Assembly: GCA_002104905.1 (NCBI GenBank)
Contig: MCFE01000741.1
Span: 1-40,599 of the forward strand
Direction of reading: 5' to 3'
Length of the DNA: 40,599 nt
From: Basidiobolus meristosporus CBS 931.73
Lineage: Eukaryota; Fungi; Basidiobolomycota
Shown in pieces: positions 10,130-21,760 of the stretch (position 1 is its first letter; each line of letters opens with the position of its first letter). The notes under the pieces were generated by a model, which had not been told where the DNA came from, searched no databases, and saw only the letters and a program-made list of their open reading frames with translations. Position numbers and translations under genes: made by a program.

Positions 10130-13100
10130 AGCATAAGCAAATTTGATGAAAATAAGAGTGGTTGTGCAGATTATAGAGTAATAATGTTTCAAGAGTCTCA
10201 GAGATACTGAAAGTGAATGGGAGAACAAGTAGAATTTGCGGTCTGCTCCTAATCATTCATCAAATATAAGAGTATTATCTTTACTTCAACATGGTCTTAA
10301 TACAGTGCAAACATGAATAATACAATTATGATGGTTCCAAAGAATATGTGTGCAAAGTTTGGGGCTGTTATGACAACTCTCAGATATTTCATGTCTTAGC
10401 TATCTGATACTTGTGCTGAGTGACTCTATACAATGTCAATGGCTAGAGCTCTCAAAGATTTGTAAATCACAACCTAGGTGTTCAGAAAGCATATATGTTA
10501 CATCCTATTATATATCGGACCTAGAATTCATGTAATAATCAGCTGGTATTCTGCTGGTATTCCAATGATATCCTGCAGGCATTCTGCTGGTGCTTTTCCT
10601 TTGGATTTCTAGCTGCACTTTAGGGGAAAGTAGAGAGTAGTTGATGATCAGATTTAGTATGAATGCTAGTTAGTCTTGTCCACCTGAAAACTAAGTATGC
10701 CAAATAGCTAGTACTGTACATGTTGACAGCTGTAAGTTTAGTGAGACTTGGAACTCAACTGATATATAATGGTATTCAGAAGGTCCTTTCTTGTTCTTAT
10801 TCTCAAAGCATGAACACTGTAAGTAAGAGGAGAAGGATGCAAAAAGCTTCAACAATAGTATACATTATCCAACTAAGCTCTCTGGCAGCTATTTTTCATT
10901 GTGAACAAGTTTCTGTACTAGAGTTCAAGAGCAGCACCAAATGGGCTTACAGTAAGTGCTTATGCTGGTCAACAGACCCCTGATGACCTCTGTATGTAAG
11001 CACATACTGCCAAAGAGGTCTTCCTAAATACCTGAAAAGTAACAAGTAACATCAGCAAAGCAAGCATAATAGGGTGATGATGGCTGCATATCAGTGAATA
11101 ACAGCAGCAAAGTAGTGCTCCCTTTACTGTAGCTGTGCTTTGTTCCCTCTGATCAGAGAGTAATGCATACAGCTGTGCCAAAAATATGTTAAGTGCATGA
11201 AGGTATTGCCATATTACCAGTTTGGCTGTTGCACACCAGCTTTGCACCTCCACTTTTTAATTTGTTACTCTTGGTCAATGATGTACTTGACCTAGGCTAG
11301 TGTATGAGATAGAGGATACTCTCAGAGTGCATGGCTGGATAGAAAGGAGGCCAATGGTCAATGCATCAGTGCCTCTGCAATATTTCAGGTACCCTATATA
11401 GTGTTGACTGCTGTGCATCAACATTTAAAACTTAGCCAACTTTACTCCATTAGAAAATCTAGTGCCCTAACCAATTTTCCCTAACCCAGGCATAACTAAT
11501 CCCTGTTATGGTTTATTTTATCACTTCTCAGAATCTGTTTTTAGCTGTCACACCTGAGCAATTTTCACATGGTCATTATGTCCTCAATTGATCTACTAAG
11601 CTGTTCCAAGTGATTAGTCATCTGAGATCTATCTAACTACTTAGTAGTTACTAAGACACCAGCTGATCAATGATGCAATTTTCATTTATCTTATGTGCCT
11701 GTCAACATCTAAACTGATTTCAATTAGTCTAGTCTCTTGGCACTTACTAATACAACTTGATCAGAAAAGTATAAGCAAAGCTTACTGAGCCTTTTGGTTT
11801 AGTGTGTGTCTCAACAAAATTAACAATGTGTCTCAGCAAATCAAGAATTCAGCAATTCTGTTCTAGTTTCTACCCAAGCCTAGCATATCTAGCACTCCCA
11901 AAAACACCAAACATAGCCTGCATAGCAAACCAATTCTGTTGCCTTTATAGCCAAACCCAACTTTATACAAGACCAATATTAGACCAGAACCTCTCTGCTG
12001 ATATTTCCACCACTCTCTGACAATTCTAAGATTCTGCACTTAGTTGTCACTTAGGTTCTGTTAAACCACTCAAGAGTCTTATTACACTTTTCTCTTAAAT
12101 GCAACACTGACTTATTTTGACTGCAGAGTTGTTTGATCTTGCACTACCATTGTTGTAAGCTACTTATAGAGCAATATTACTATATTATGATTATATCCTT
12201 TGATGTTATGTATGGACAACAACTATTGAAAGAAGTAAATGCAACAGTGCATTAAAGGTATACACCTATTTAGCTGCTTAATGTCATCCATATATTACCT
12301 CCCTGTAGTAATAATGCCAAGAAATCTTGCAGTTTCTATCATGTGTGCATTTCTCATGGATTGCATCAGCTCTGAAGTTGTATGTGCACATTTATATGAT
12401 GACCAGGCCAACAAAAGTGCTCCTTATGCACCTTTGGTAGCTATCCCTCTGTTGAAGATCAGTTTTTTGCACACTAATTGTATTCTGGCCATAAACACTA
12501 CATCTTGGCAATACATGTATCAGAGCACTGAGCTTATAATCTTTATACCTCTGATATGTCATATGTCTGTGAGTATATAGGTGTTTTGGAGTCTATGATG
12601 TGACTACAAAGTAGTTTACTTTAGTACCAAGCTGAGAGAACATCTCTAGGAGACTTTATGTCATTTGTCATATATACTGCCAGATTGCATTCAATTAAAC
12701 TTTTGTTGCAAGGAAAGTTAAAGACCTGCCAATAATGCCCCTTTTGTTGCTTGTTACAGGTGCACACTTGTATGCTTGTGTACTTTCAGTGGCTGTCCCC
12801 TTGAGTTGAAGCTCAGGTACTGAGGTACTAGATGGAGTTCTGGCCAAACATGCTCTATCTAATTGCTATAAATGTCAGAGCAGTAAGCACATCTATTACT
12901 TATTACTAGCTACAGAATATTTCAGTGAAGATGATCATGTGTATGGTAAAGTCCATTATTATCCACAAGGCACTTGACTCTTTTGGAGGATGCTAGATAC
13001 ATATTTATCTCACTGGCCATCTAAAGCTACTTTACTCTGAGCTCATTGGAAGCATTGGGTGTCATATGTTGACAGTGTAGGAGAAAGTGCCCAGAAGCTG

Positions 13101-15880
13101 CCAACCAATGGCAGTTTGATGCATCTACTGATTTTATGTAAGGAGCTTTCAACAAGACTTGGGAGGTTTTGCTGCAAGCATAAGGATGCACATATAAATC
13201 TCTGATGTATGGTTTCTCTACTTTTTACTAGTATGCTTAGAGAGCATAGATGTATGTTCACCTATAGTCTCCTAAGGTGTGGATATGTAAGGAGATAGGA
13301 AGAAGAACAAATTACAGGTTCTGCCATATTCAAGTCCCATGAGAAATACTACATTCAAGTACATCTGCAATCCAAAGAGTGACTGATGGAGGAACATCAA
13401 GTACAGTAGACAAGAAGTGAGCAAATATCCCTTTGGCATTGAGAAGCACAACAGCCTCAGTAAATGTGTAGTAAGTCAAATAAGGCAAGGCCTGGCTTGG
13501 CACAACAACAAGTATTACTTCTGAAGACAACCATATCATAGTATGTCAGGTAACTCTTGCATGCCAGCCAACTTGAAATGCCTTTTCAAAAGCAATTTAC
13601 ACAAAAAGGAATGGGATTACACTCATACAGGGGACCAGAATGGAGTAGGAAAGGAAGTCTTATTAGCCAGGAGTCTGGGAGTATTTTGAGATATTAAGCA
13701 GATACTCTTTGCCAAGTGATGGCAGCTAGTATGTACATTTGTAAAAGGCATATTTTACCAGCAATGCAAGGCATACAGTAAGTTTACAAGTATCACACTG
13801 AGAAGCCACATGTTTGTGGTATTAGGACTGTAACCACTGCAAAGCACTGCCAAGTTTTGTACCACATCAGACAGTCTAGTCAGCAATACTATTACAATGC
13901 CATCATAAGTCAATTGAGAGCAGCACAGGTTTGTTCTGCTAGTATTGCAATGGTGTCAACATGGGATCCTGATGGCAGATATGGATTGGATCCACCTGCA
14001 GGACCAAATTACTTTTTACATCGGTCAAAGTAGGTTGCAAACTTAGCCCTAAAACATCCCTGAGATCCTGCAAGTGGAGTTTAATTGTCAAAGTCCTGAA
14101 TGCTAGCTACCTTCACTTCCTTCACCCAATGACAAAGAATCTCTTGGAAAAGACCAAGCATACTAGAACCTGGGAGCATACTGCACTGTATGACACAGTA
14201 TGGCACTATAAGCCACAATCACTCAGTTGTACAATACATAAGCAGGAATTCTTTGCAGTGGTACTCATGTATTCAAGGTTGAACTATATTTGTTTATTTG
14301 CTCCTCTTAGTGGTGCATAACTATCCTTGTGATGGATGTCTACTTGGATGGATACACTGAGCATTAACTAGAATCTTGATTATTTGGCCTAGCTTACTAT
14401 TCTCTCATAACTTCACTGCTGCCAGAATCATTGATTCTGAATACTGCTCTTTGCCATGTTTCTTTATAAATACCACAATGCAGCTTCTGCTTGGGTAGTG
14501 CCATCCTAATACCTGATGTATTCCTGCTTTGTACTCATGGCTCCCTGGCTAACTATCAACATGTTCTTGAGAGGTCTATTGCCTTTTGGTTTAACATCCT
14601 TGCCATTTAGTAACTGAGAGTTTATGCATTGCTAATGTATTACCTTAGTGTATCAATTGATAAACTGACATTCACCTACTTGCCTGGCTCCTGAATATTG
14701 CATACAGACAGGCCATATGTAAATCACCTGGCTTTTGGGTCCTGATAATCTAAGAGCACACTGACCACAAGACAATGGCATGGCAGATATTGATGGCATC
14801 CTATATATTGGTACACTCAACTTTGAAATATTTTACAGCTTCTTATATCACTGTTATCTTCAAGTTGGGGTCTTGATGTATGCTTCACAGCCTCATGCCC
14901 CATTGCTGTGATAAGCACTTCTATGAGCTTAATTTATGGCCACATTGTCTCACACAAATGAATATGTAATTCTCATGCATTGTCAGGTAAAAAAAATAGC
15001 ATCACAGTACCACTTGTGATTATTCCTTGCAGCAAAACTACTGCAATGTCTACTAGGGATGGTATTTGCTCAAAGGTCTTGGTTGAGGGAGAAATTTGTT
15101 TTGAGTATATTGCAAATTATTACACCATTGAAAGGCTTGAAGGCTTTTAGGCAGGCAGCAAGATGCCATGAGTGCTTCACATATAGGGGTAGCAACTCAG
15201 AGTGGTTGGTAGTGTGAGTCTCATGTCTAGATATCTATCTGGAAAGAGCTTTGGTTTTAGATTGTCAACCTCCAAGAACTTCAAGTCAAGGCTTGTTTCT
15301 GCAAGGCCTTGAATTCAGGTCTCAGATGTTTAGAGCATCAGGCCTTGGTTTTAGTCTGACAGAGCCACAAATACAGATTTGCCCATTACAAGCCCAATGT
15401 CAAGGCTTTTTCTAATGCAATCGGTGAGCTGCAGTACTTGATAGGTGTGTGCCTCAAGTTGAGACACCTAAAGAGTGGAATCCTACATTAAGGGCTTTTG
15501 CAAATACATGACATCAAGACAAGGCTCTCATTGCACAGGCACCTCCAATCACTACTTTTGCAAGTAAAAGCCTCACATCCCAGCCCTCAGTGGATGTGGG
15601 CCTGAAGTTAGATTTCAGCATAAAAGAGTCTTCATTGGGATTTTTTAGTCACTGAGGCTTGTGCTTTCAAACTATAGGAATATTGAAGCCTCAGGTTGAA
15701 GGCCTCTGAAGTCCACAGTTTGAGGCTATGTATCTCAGCTGCATAGAGAGCAGTATTGTTGTTTGTAACAAACAAGAGTCTTATATGGCAATTGTAGGTA
15801 GTAATGAGCCTAAAGATACAGATCCCAGGCTTTGACTCTTGGGGATAGACAGAAGAGCTGATATCAGGTTCCAGGCAGGC
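10130..15880. mobile_element. CpG-depleted block of decayed repeat/transposon-derived DNA
   Basis: By eye I find only about four CG dinucleotides in ~5.7 kb (near 10240, 10516, 14022, 15422), with abundant CA/TG and no long ORF. The flanks have ordinary CpG content. Confidence 0.7.
10300..12400 (-). mobile_element. Probable non-LTR (LINE-like) endonuclease/RT relic
   Basis: Minus strand 11122-11093 ggg agc act act ttg ctg ctg tta ttc restores to G...SPLLF if ttg/ctg were tcg/ccg. FADV at 11059-11048 resembles the FADD catalytic motif, and LSDN at 12054-12043 resembles the endonuclease SDH motif. Spacing is abnormal, so this is tentative. Confidence 0.4.
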
Positions 15881-15889
15881 CCGGGCCTG

Positions 15890-16060
15890 AGTAAGAAGGT
15901 AAAGACAGTGCATCCAGGTATGCCAAATATTTCCACATTGTTATGGATCAGCCTGCGCAATATAGGACATACTCCATAGCAGATAAAGACACCCATGATA
16001 TTGATGGATGCTCTAACCAAGATACACAGTACACAGAGCCCATGAAAGATGCCTTATATG
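15890..16060 (+). pseudogene. Family B 3'-half fragment abutting the CpG-depleted block
   Basis: gcatccaggtatgccaaa...attgttatggatcagcctgcgcaa...ccaagatacacagtacacagagcccatg matches the 3' half of B. Confidence 0.7.
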
Positions 16061-16199
16061 GCAATGAGTCTATGGAATGAACTTAAAGCCATTCAAGTTG
16101 CGTTGATTATATATTTCTTGCTTAATATGTAGTAGCAGAAGTATGATCCATGCCAGCACAAGAATAAGGGTAAGGCTAGAGCAGAATAAAGCGGACCCG

Positions 16200-16730
16200 C
16201 AATATCAGCCAGTAGTACCTTTCTGAGTAGTCAAAATGGATAAGTCAGCTGGCGCAGATAGCTGATACAATATCTGGTCAAGTTCCTGAGGGCTGTAAAA
16301 CAATGGACTCCAGTATTTCGGCATATATGGCATTGTGCGGAGACTGCTCTACTTGCTAATTGCTTACATGAATAGGAGTAGTAGTGAATACGTGATCCAT
16401 TAGCCTATTTATTGTGGCGGGATCACAATAGTATTAAGCCTATTCATATCATTAGCTGTCTCTGTATCTACCTCGACGGTAACATGATGTCTGATCGTCA
16501 TCTTCATTCGAGTCTTGGTTTTCATCCTTGTCGGGAGTAAATAATTGCACATATGCCGACGTAGATGGTTGGAAAGTGCCTGAGCATTCTGTGCGGAGTT
16601 AGTTTAAACATTGTCCAACCAGGGATGACATCGATGGTTCAGTCTCATGGTCTACTTATTGGTTGTCATGTGTAGCTATGGGTGTTGCAAAATACACACC
16701 GAATAGGATGAAGTGCTGTGAACATGAAGG
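16200..16730 (-). pseudogene. Two degenerate family C remnants (~16200-16340 and ~16445-16730)
   Basis: tagctgtctctgtatctac, gtagatggttggaaagtgcctgagcattctgtgcgg and gcagatagctgatacaatatctg match C-family DNA, with deletions. Confidence 0.6.
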
Positions 16731-17184
16731 TCTTGACAGAAGTATTCTTATTGCTTGTCCTACGCTGTTTCTTCCTGATATCAGTTGGTGTAATCTTGTT
16801 TGTATGTGTTGGATAGCCTAAAGAGATAGCGATTTTGTGATGGGATTTATTATGACATCAACAAAAATAAATAAACAATCCTCTTCAATTCTGATCTTGC
16901 TATACCACTAGCAATCTTTGTGAGTGTTTTGGGATATCTTCACCAGCCATCAGTCGATAGTATACTGAGCCAGATTTACGATGCATTGCATCGACCACCT
17001 TAGGTAGGTTTGGCAAAAATGCAACTCTCCATCACTTCATACATCGCCTCTACCCAATTGACCTCTATTGCACCAGATAAATCTTCAAGTCGGAACATTA
17101 ACCGAGGGTTGTGTTGATTTGAAATAGAGTCATAAGAGTAGTGATAGCCAAGGGTATCAATGTGTATTCATCATAAAATTATCA

Positions 17185-17536
17185 CAACTATATGGATGTG
17201 AATGAGGGCAAAGATGAAGGCGAAGGTGAGGACTCGATAGATGACACTTCAACTCAGCCAGAGTCATCCTACAACATGCCAAACTGCAATATAGCCGATA
17301 TGCAGCCAAGACAGGCCTTGTTGGACAGAGTGAACGCTCACTCATCCAGTGATGCTGATGCCCTGTCGAACTCCAATCAGTTTGACCAAGCGCAGGTTAT
17401 CGACCGAACCCTCTATCAGCCTGAGCAGCAACAGCCCTAGATCATCATCACCCAGCCAGCCACCCGTAGCCATGTTGGACGCCAGAAGTACAAGAGATCT
17501 GCGCATAAGTGCTTCAAGAACAGATACATTGAATAA
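17185..17536 (+). pseudogene. Family A pseudogene (5'-truncated, premature stop)
   Basis: No signal peptide. CAG->TAG at 17438-17440 after QQQP; the remaining tail is homologous but carries a deletion. Confidence 0.85.
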
Positions 17537-17863
17537 ATAAATATGACATTTGGCCACCTTAGATTAATATGAAACATCATCAGCCGTGATTCGTGAATTA
17601 CCATACTACAGCTGAAATATCATAAGTATATATGTATATATTGGTGTATGTATCAGTTTATTTATCGTACATTAATCATGTAGACTACGCGATATCAATG
17701 TGATGGAGTCGACGATATTAGAGAGAATGCTGATTTTCAATCTGATAAGTGTGAGTCATCAAAGTTAACTAACTATTGCTACCATCAATTGTAACCATGT
17801 TATAATGGTTCCATGCTATATATTCCCGAGTGTACTTGGCAATGGACTCAGTAGTTCTCAAAG

Positions 17864-18443
17864 ATGCGTGCATTCATTGTATCATTGATCTTGGGCCTTG
17901 CTTCTCTTCAAGCCACCATTGCTGCTCCAGTCCCATGCTCCGAATCATGCAACCGTGAGCATAGAAGAGTCCGTTATCGCAGGTATTCATGCTCGGACCA
18001 AGCGAGCAACTGCTACCAGCAAGTCCAGGTTCAGCCCACTGTTGAAACGCCAAACGTCCAAGTGCCATTGTTGCGTCAGGTGTTCACCACCGTGACCAGA
18101 AAGCATGACAATCTGAACACTGCCAACGCCAACAGTGACAAGAGTCTTCGATGTTCAGTTTCAAGCAGGCCCTAGCCTCGAAGTAGAAGGCTCAGCCAGC
18201 GCATCCGAGTATGCCAAACAGAAGGGTGCTGAACACTTCGAAGATGGCTCTGGTTACCCCATTGTTATGGTTCAGCCTGCACAAGATGAGACATACTCCA
18301 CACCAGTAGTGGACACCCAATGCATCGAAGGATGCTCTGACCAAGATACACAGTACACTGAGCCCATGGTAGATGTTCAATGTGGTGATGACTGTGCTAA
18401 TCAGGACTCACAGTATACTGAGCCCATGGAAGACACTCAATGA
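17864..18443 (+). pseudogene. Family B gene with a single 1-bp insertion (~18148); pseudogene or assembly error
   Basis: ORFs 17864-18175 and 18135-18443 join into a full 192-aa B. The junction reads gagtcttcgatg versus gagtctcgatg or gagtcttgatg in intact copies. Confidence 0.85.
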
Positions 18444-19160
18444 CCCAACGACTGCACTTGAGCCCAAATGCAATAAAGTTCCATTATTCATTTTATTTTT
18501 CGCCTCATACGTGAGCAGAAATATAGCCATTAACAGCATGGGAGCAAAGAGCGTTTGACAAACTTAAAACCAAGCCAATTTCCACACTTCACTCTGATGA
18601 TCCGAAGTCCAGTCACCAATTCAGGAGAAGGGTAGGAAACGTCTTGAAGTACTGCTGAAGGTAGTGAGTGGCTTATTTAATATGCTCAACGAGGGCTTAG
18701 TCAATATGGAGATCGGGCATCCTAGAGTGTATCGCTATGTCAAAAAGTCCAACTATTGCTCACCACCATTACCAGAAAACATGGTATCCTGAGTGCACAT
18801 ATAATATGCACCACTAATTATAATTAAGAAAATTAGCGCTTGATATTCGCAATTCAGAGGGGACAACCAAAATAATTCACACTGTCATGTGAGGAGTTGT
18901 TAGATGTTCTGAGCATAAAGGTTTTAACGTCGAATATGCCTGACCGAAAGGCACTGCGTATCCATATCTATGTTTGGTTATTTCGGTTGATGCTCATTCC
19001 ACTCATCCCTGTAGTCACATCTACGCTGTTTCTTCCTGATATCAGTTGGTGTAATCTTATTTGCAGAAGAAATGTGCGTGTTTTATAGCATGCAGAAATA
19101 GCGATTATATGATAGGATTTATTATGAATGCCAAACCAATGTTTACATGATCCGATTGAG

Positions 19161-19595
19161 TCAAAAGCGGCCGCTGTATCTACTTCTACGGTAGCGTCGT
19201 TGACAACGTTTGCACGATGGCTGATCGTCGTCGTCACTCGAGTCTTGAGTATCATCCTCATCGGGAGTAATTGATTGTACATATGTCGGTGCAGATGGTT
19301 GGTACAATGTTTGATCTACTTGCTGCACTTGCTCATATTGATTCTGGTTGGAAAGTGCCTGAGCGTTCTGTGCAGAATGAGTCTGAGCGTTGTCCAACAA
19401 TGGATAGGCGTTCGGGGACTCTAGTTGATAGTATGTTGGTGCATATGACACTAATGGTTCATTGTCGGCATTGCCGCCAAAGTCCACTGGGACACCCTGG
19501 TCTACTTGCTGGTTGTCATACGTTGCAATGGGCGATGCATAAGATGCACCGAATAGGAATACTAAGGCGGATAGAATGCGGAAAGTGCGTTGCAT
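19161..19595 (-). CDS. Family C secreted protein (144 aa from ATG 19595)
   Basis: Signal-peptide-like MQRTFRILSALVFLFGASYA-SP, N/Q motif, acidic tract, tail CKRCQRRYRRSRYSGRF. The longer ORF-track start is a TTG. Confidence 0.88.
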   Translation of the reverse strand: MQRTFRILSALVFLFGASYASPIATYDNQQVDQGVPVDFGGNADNEPLVSYAPTYYQLESPNAYPLLDNAQTHSAQNAQALSNQNQYEQVQQVDQTLYQPSAPTYVQSITPDEDDTQDSSDDDDQPSCKRCQRRYRRSRYSGRF

Positions 19596-19717
19596 GTTGG
19601 CTCCTGATGACACACTGGAAGGCAAACAGTTGCTTTTATGTATGGTTTGCTAGATTCATCAGCGATCATCAGCAACCAAACCCAGTTTACTAAATTATGA
19701 CAGCAAAGGTGAGTAAA

Positions 19718-19771
19718 GTTAATCAGCATTTCACTTTCATTGCAATGATCAGTGAATAGGTGTTGATTAAC
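19718..19771. promoter_or_regulatory. Conserved 54-bp dyad-symmetric element upstream of C genes
   Basis: GTTAATCA..TTCACT..TCATTG|CAATGA..AGTGAA..TGATTAAC. Variants recur at ~23587, 27500, 31537 and 34190, each ~120-175 bp upstream of a C start. Confidence 0.45.
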
Positions 19772-20359
19772 ACCGTAATCCCGGCGACCAATCACTTCAG
19801 TACATCAAGAAAAATAAATAAACATTCGTCTTCAATTCTGGGCTTGCTATACCACTTTGGAATGACAAACGCGGTAGTGAAGGGACAAACTAAAATGACT
19901 CATACTACGCCTTTTCAAGCTATGGCTTGAAGTGAGCACACAGAAATCGCGTCGTTCTTGCGTAGTTCTCGATTTCATCGTCGAAGGCCACTAAGCTACT
20001 CTGATTATATAGTACCCTGCAGCTATTTTTATGAGTATATTGGGATTATGAACGAATTAACATCTTCACCGGCCATCAGTCGATAGTATACTGCACTAAA
20101 TTTACGATTTAGCATTATGCATTGTATCGACCACCTCAAGTCCGCTTAGCAAAAATGTAACTCGCCATCACTTTGCTGGCTTCATATATCACCTCTATCC
20201 AAGCGATCACTATTGCAGCAGATGAACCTAGAGTTGCGTTGATTTGAGATCGTAGATTCATAGGGATAGTGATTGCTCAGGGTATTAATGTGTACCTATC
20301 ACTACGACTATCAACATGTGGCTTTCCAAATCTTCAATGATGTAGCTACTTTTTCTTTT

Positions 20360-20660
20360 GGCCATCGTTGCTGCTCCAATTCCACGCTCCGAATCATGCA
20401 ATCGCAAGCATAAAAGAGTGCATTGTCGTAGTTCGTCATGCTCCGATCGAGCAAGTAACTGCCACCAGCAAGCCCGAGTTCTGCCAACTGTAGAGACTTC
20501 GAATATCTAAGTATGATTGTACGTTGAAGGATGCGTTGATCAGGATATACAGTACACTGAGCCCATGGAAGTTGCTCAGTTTGGCAATGACTGTGCTAAT
20601 CAGGACTTACTGTATGCTGACTTTATGGACGACACTCAACGTACCGACAACTGCACTTAA
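20360..20660 (+). pseudogene. Internally deleted family B remnant
   Basis: The 5' part (gctccgaatcatgcaatcgc...) is fused to the 3' part (cagtacactgagcccatgg...gactgtgctaatcaggac), with stops. Confidence 0.7.
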
Positions 20661-20877
20661 TTCAATAAATCTCGATTATCCATATCATTTGCTCTTAACG
20701 CCAATCTAACTTGACTGCTAATAGCTAAACCAGGTAGTTAGTTGATGGGCAACAAAAGCAGGACATAGCATGTGAATTCCTGGCCTCAAGTGAGTCAGAT
20801 ACAGGGCGTAGTATAGTAGACTATGCCAAATACCACTATAAAGTGAGCTTACGACTAGTTTTACGCTATTCATCAAA

Positions 20878-21432
20878 ATGCAGCTTACTCTCACTTTACT
20901 CGCTTTGTACTTTGCTTCTATCCATGCATTCCCTGCCACAGAAGATATCTCTTCTCCGGTTAGCTACGGTGACAATTTGTGCGGGGAGCAAGTAAGTCCT
21001 TGCTACCTAGAAACTCAATCGCCTGCAGATGACTATCAGCCGGAAAAGGATGAGGGTGATGGCTATATGGATGAGAATGAGGGTGAAGATGAAGGCGAAG
21101 GTGAAGATTCAATGGATGGCACTACAACTCAGCCAGAATCATCCTACGAGATGCCCAACTTCAATATAGCCGACCTGCAACCAAGACAGGCCTTGTTGGA
21201 CAGAGTGAACGCTCACTCATCCAGTGATGCTGATGCTCTGTCGAACTCTAATCAGTTTGACCAAGCGCAGGTTATCGACCAAACCCTCTATCAGCCTAAG
21301 CAGCAACAGCCGCGGATCATTATCACTCAGCCAGCCGCCCGTAGCTATGGTGGAGGCCAGAAGAAGTACAAGAGGTCGGCACATAAGTACTTCAAGATCA
21401 GATATTTCAGTGGGAATCGATACATTGATTAA
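20878..21432 (+). CDS. Family A secreted protein (184 aa), intact
   Basis: MQLTLTLLALYFASIHA-FP signal, CGEQVSPCY, acidic tract, N/Q motif, cationic aromatic tail. TATAAA ~40 bp upstream, AATAAA at the stop. Confidence 0.9.
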   Translation: MQLTLTLLALYFASIHAFPATEDISSPVSYGDNLCGEQVSPCYLETQSPADDYQPEKDEGDGYMDENEGEDEGEGEDSMDGTTTQPESSYEMPNFNIADLQPRQALLDRVNAHSSSDADALSNSNQFDQAQVIDQTLYQPKQQQPRIIITQPAARSYGGGQKKYKRSAHKYFKIRYFSGNRYID

Positions 21433-21760
21433 ATAAACATTTCATTTGGTCACCTAATATTGATATGAAACATCATCAGCCGTGCTTCGTGAATTACCAC
21501 ACTACTGCTGAAATATCAAAAGCATATGTGTATATATTAGGGTATACATTGGTGTATTTATCAGTGTATTTATCGTGCTGTAACCATATAATCTACGCGA
21601 TATCAATGCGATTGAGCCGATGATGGCAGAGCGAATGCTAATTTTCAATCTGATAAAGTTAACTAACTATTGCTACCATCAACGTTGTAACCATGTTATA
21701 ATGGTTCCCATGCTATGTATTCCCGAGTGTACTTGGCAATGAACTCAGCAGTTCTCAAAG

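Noticed and set aside
10130-15880. Classical RIP as the cause of the decayed blocks
   Set aside because: CA/TG is abundant and CG is what is missing, which is the opposite of the CpA-depleting RIP signature.
19271-19693. Recurrent + strand ORFs ending DHQQPNPVY (also 23152/23324, 27054, 31220, 33885)
   Set aside because: Antisense shadows of the C genes and their promoters. They recur because the DNA is duplicated, their starts vary, and C has the signal peptide and coherent architecture.
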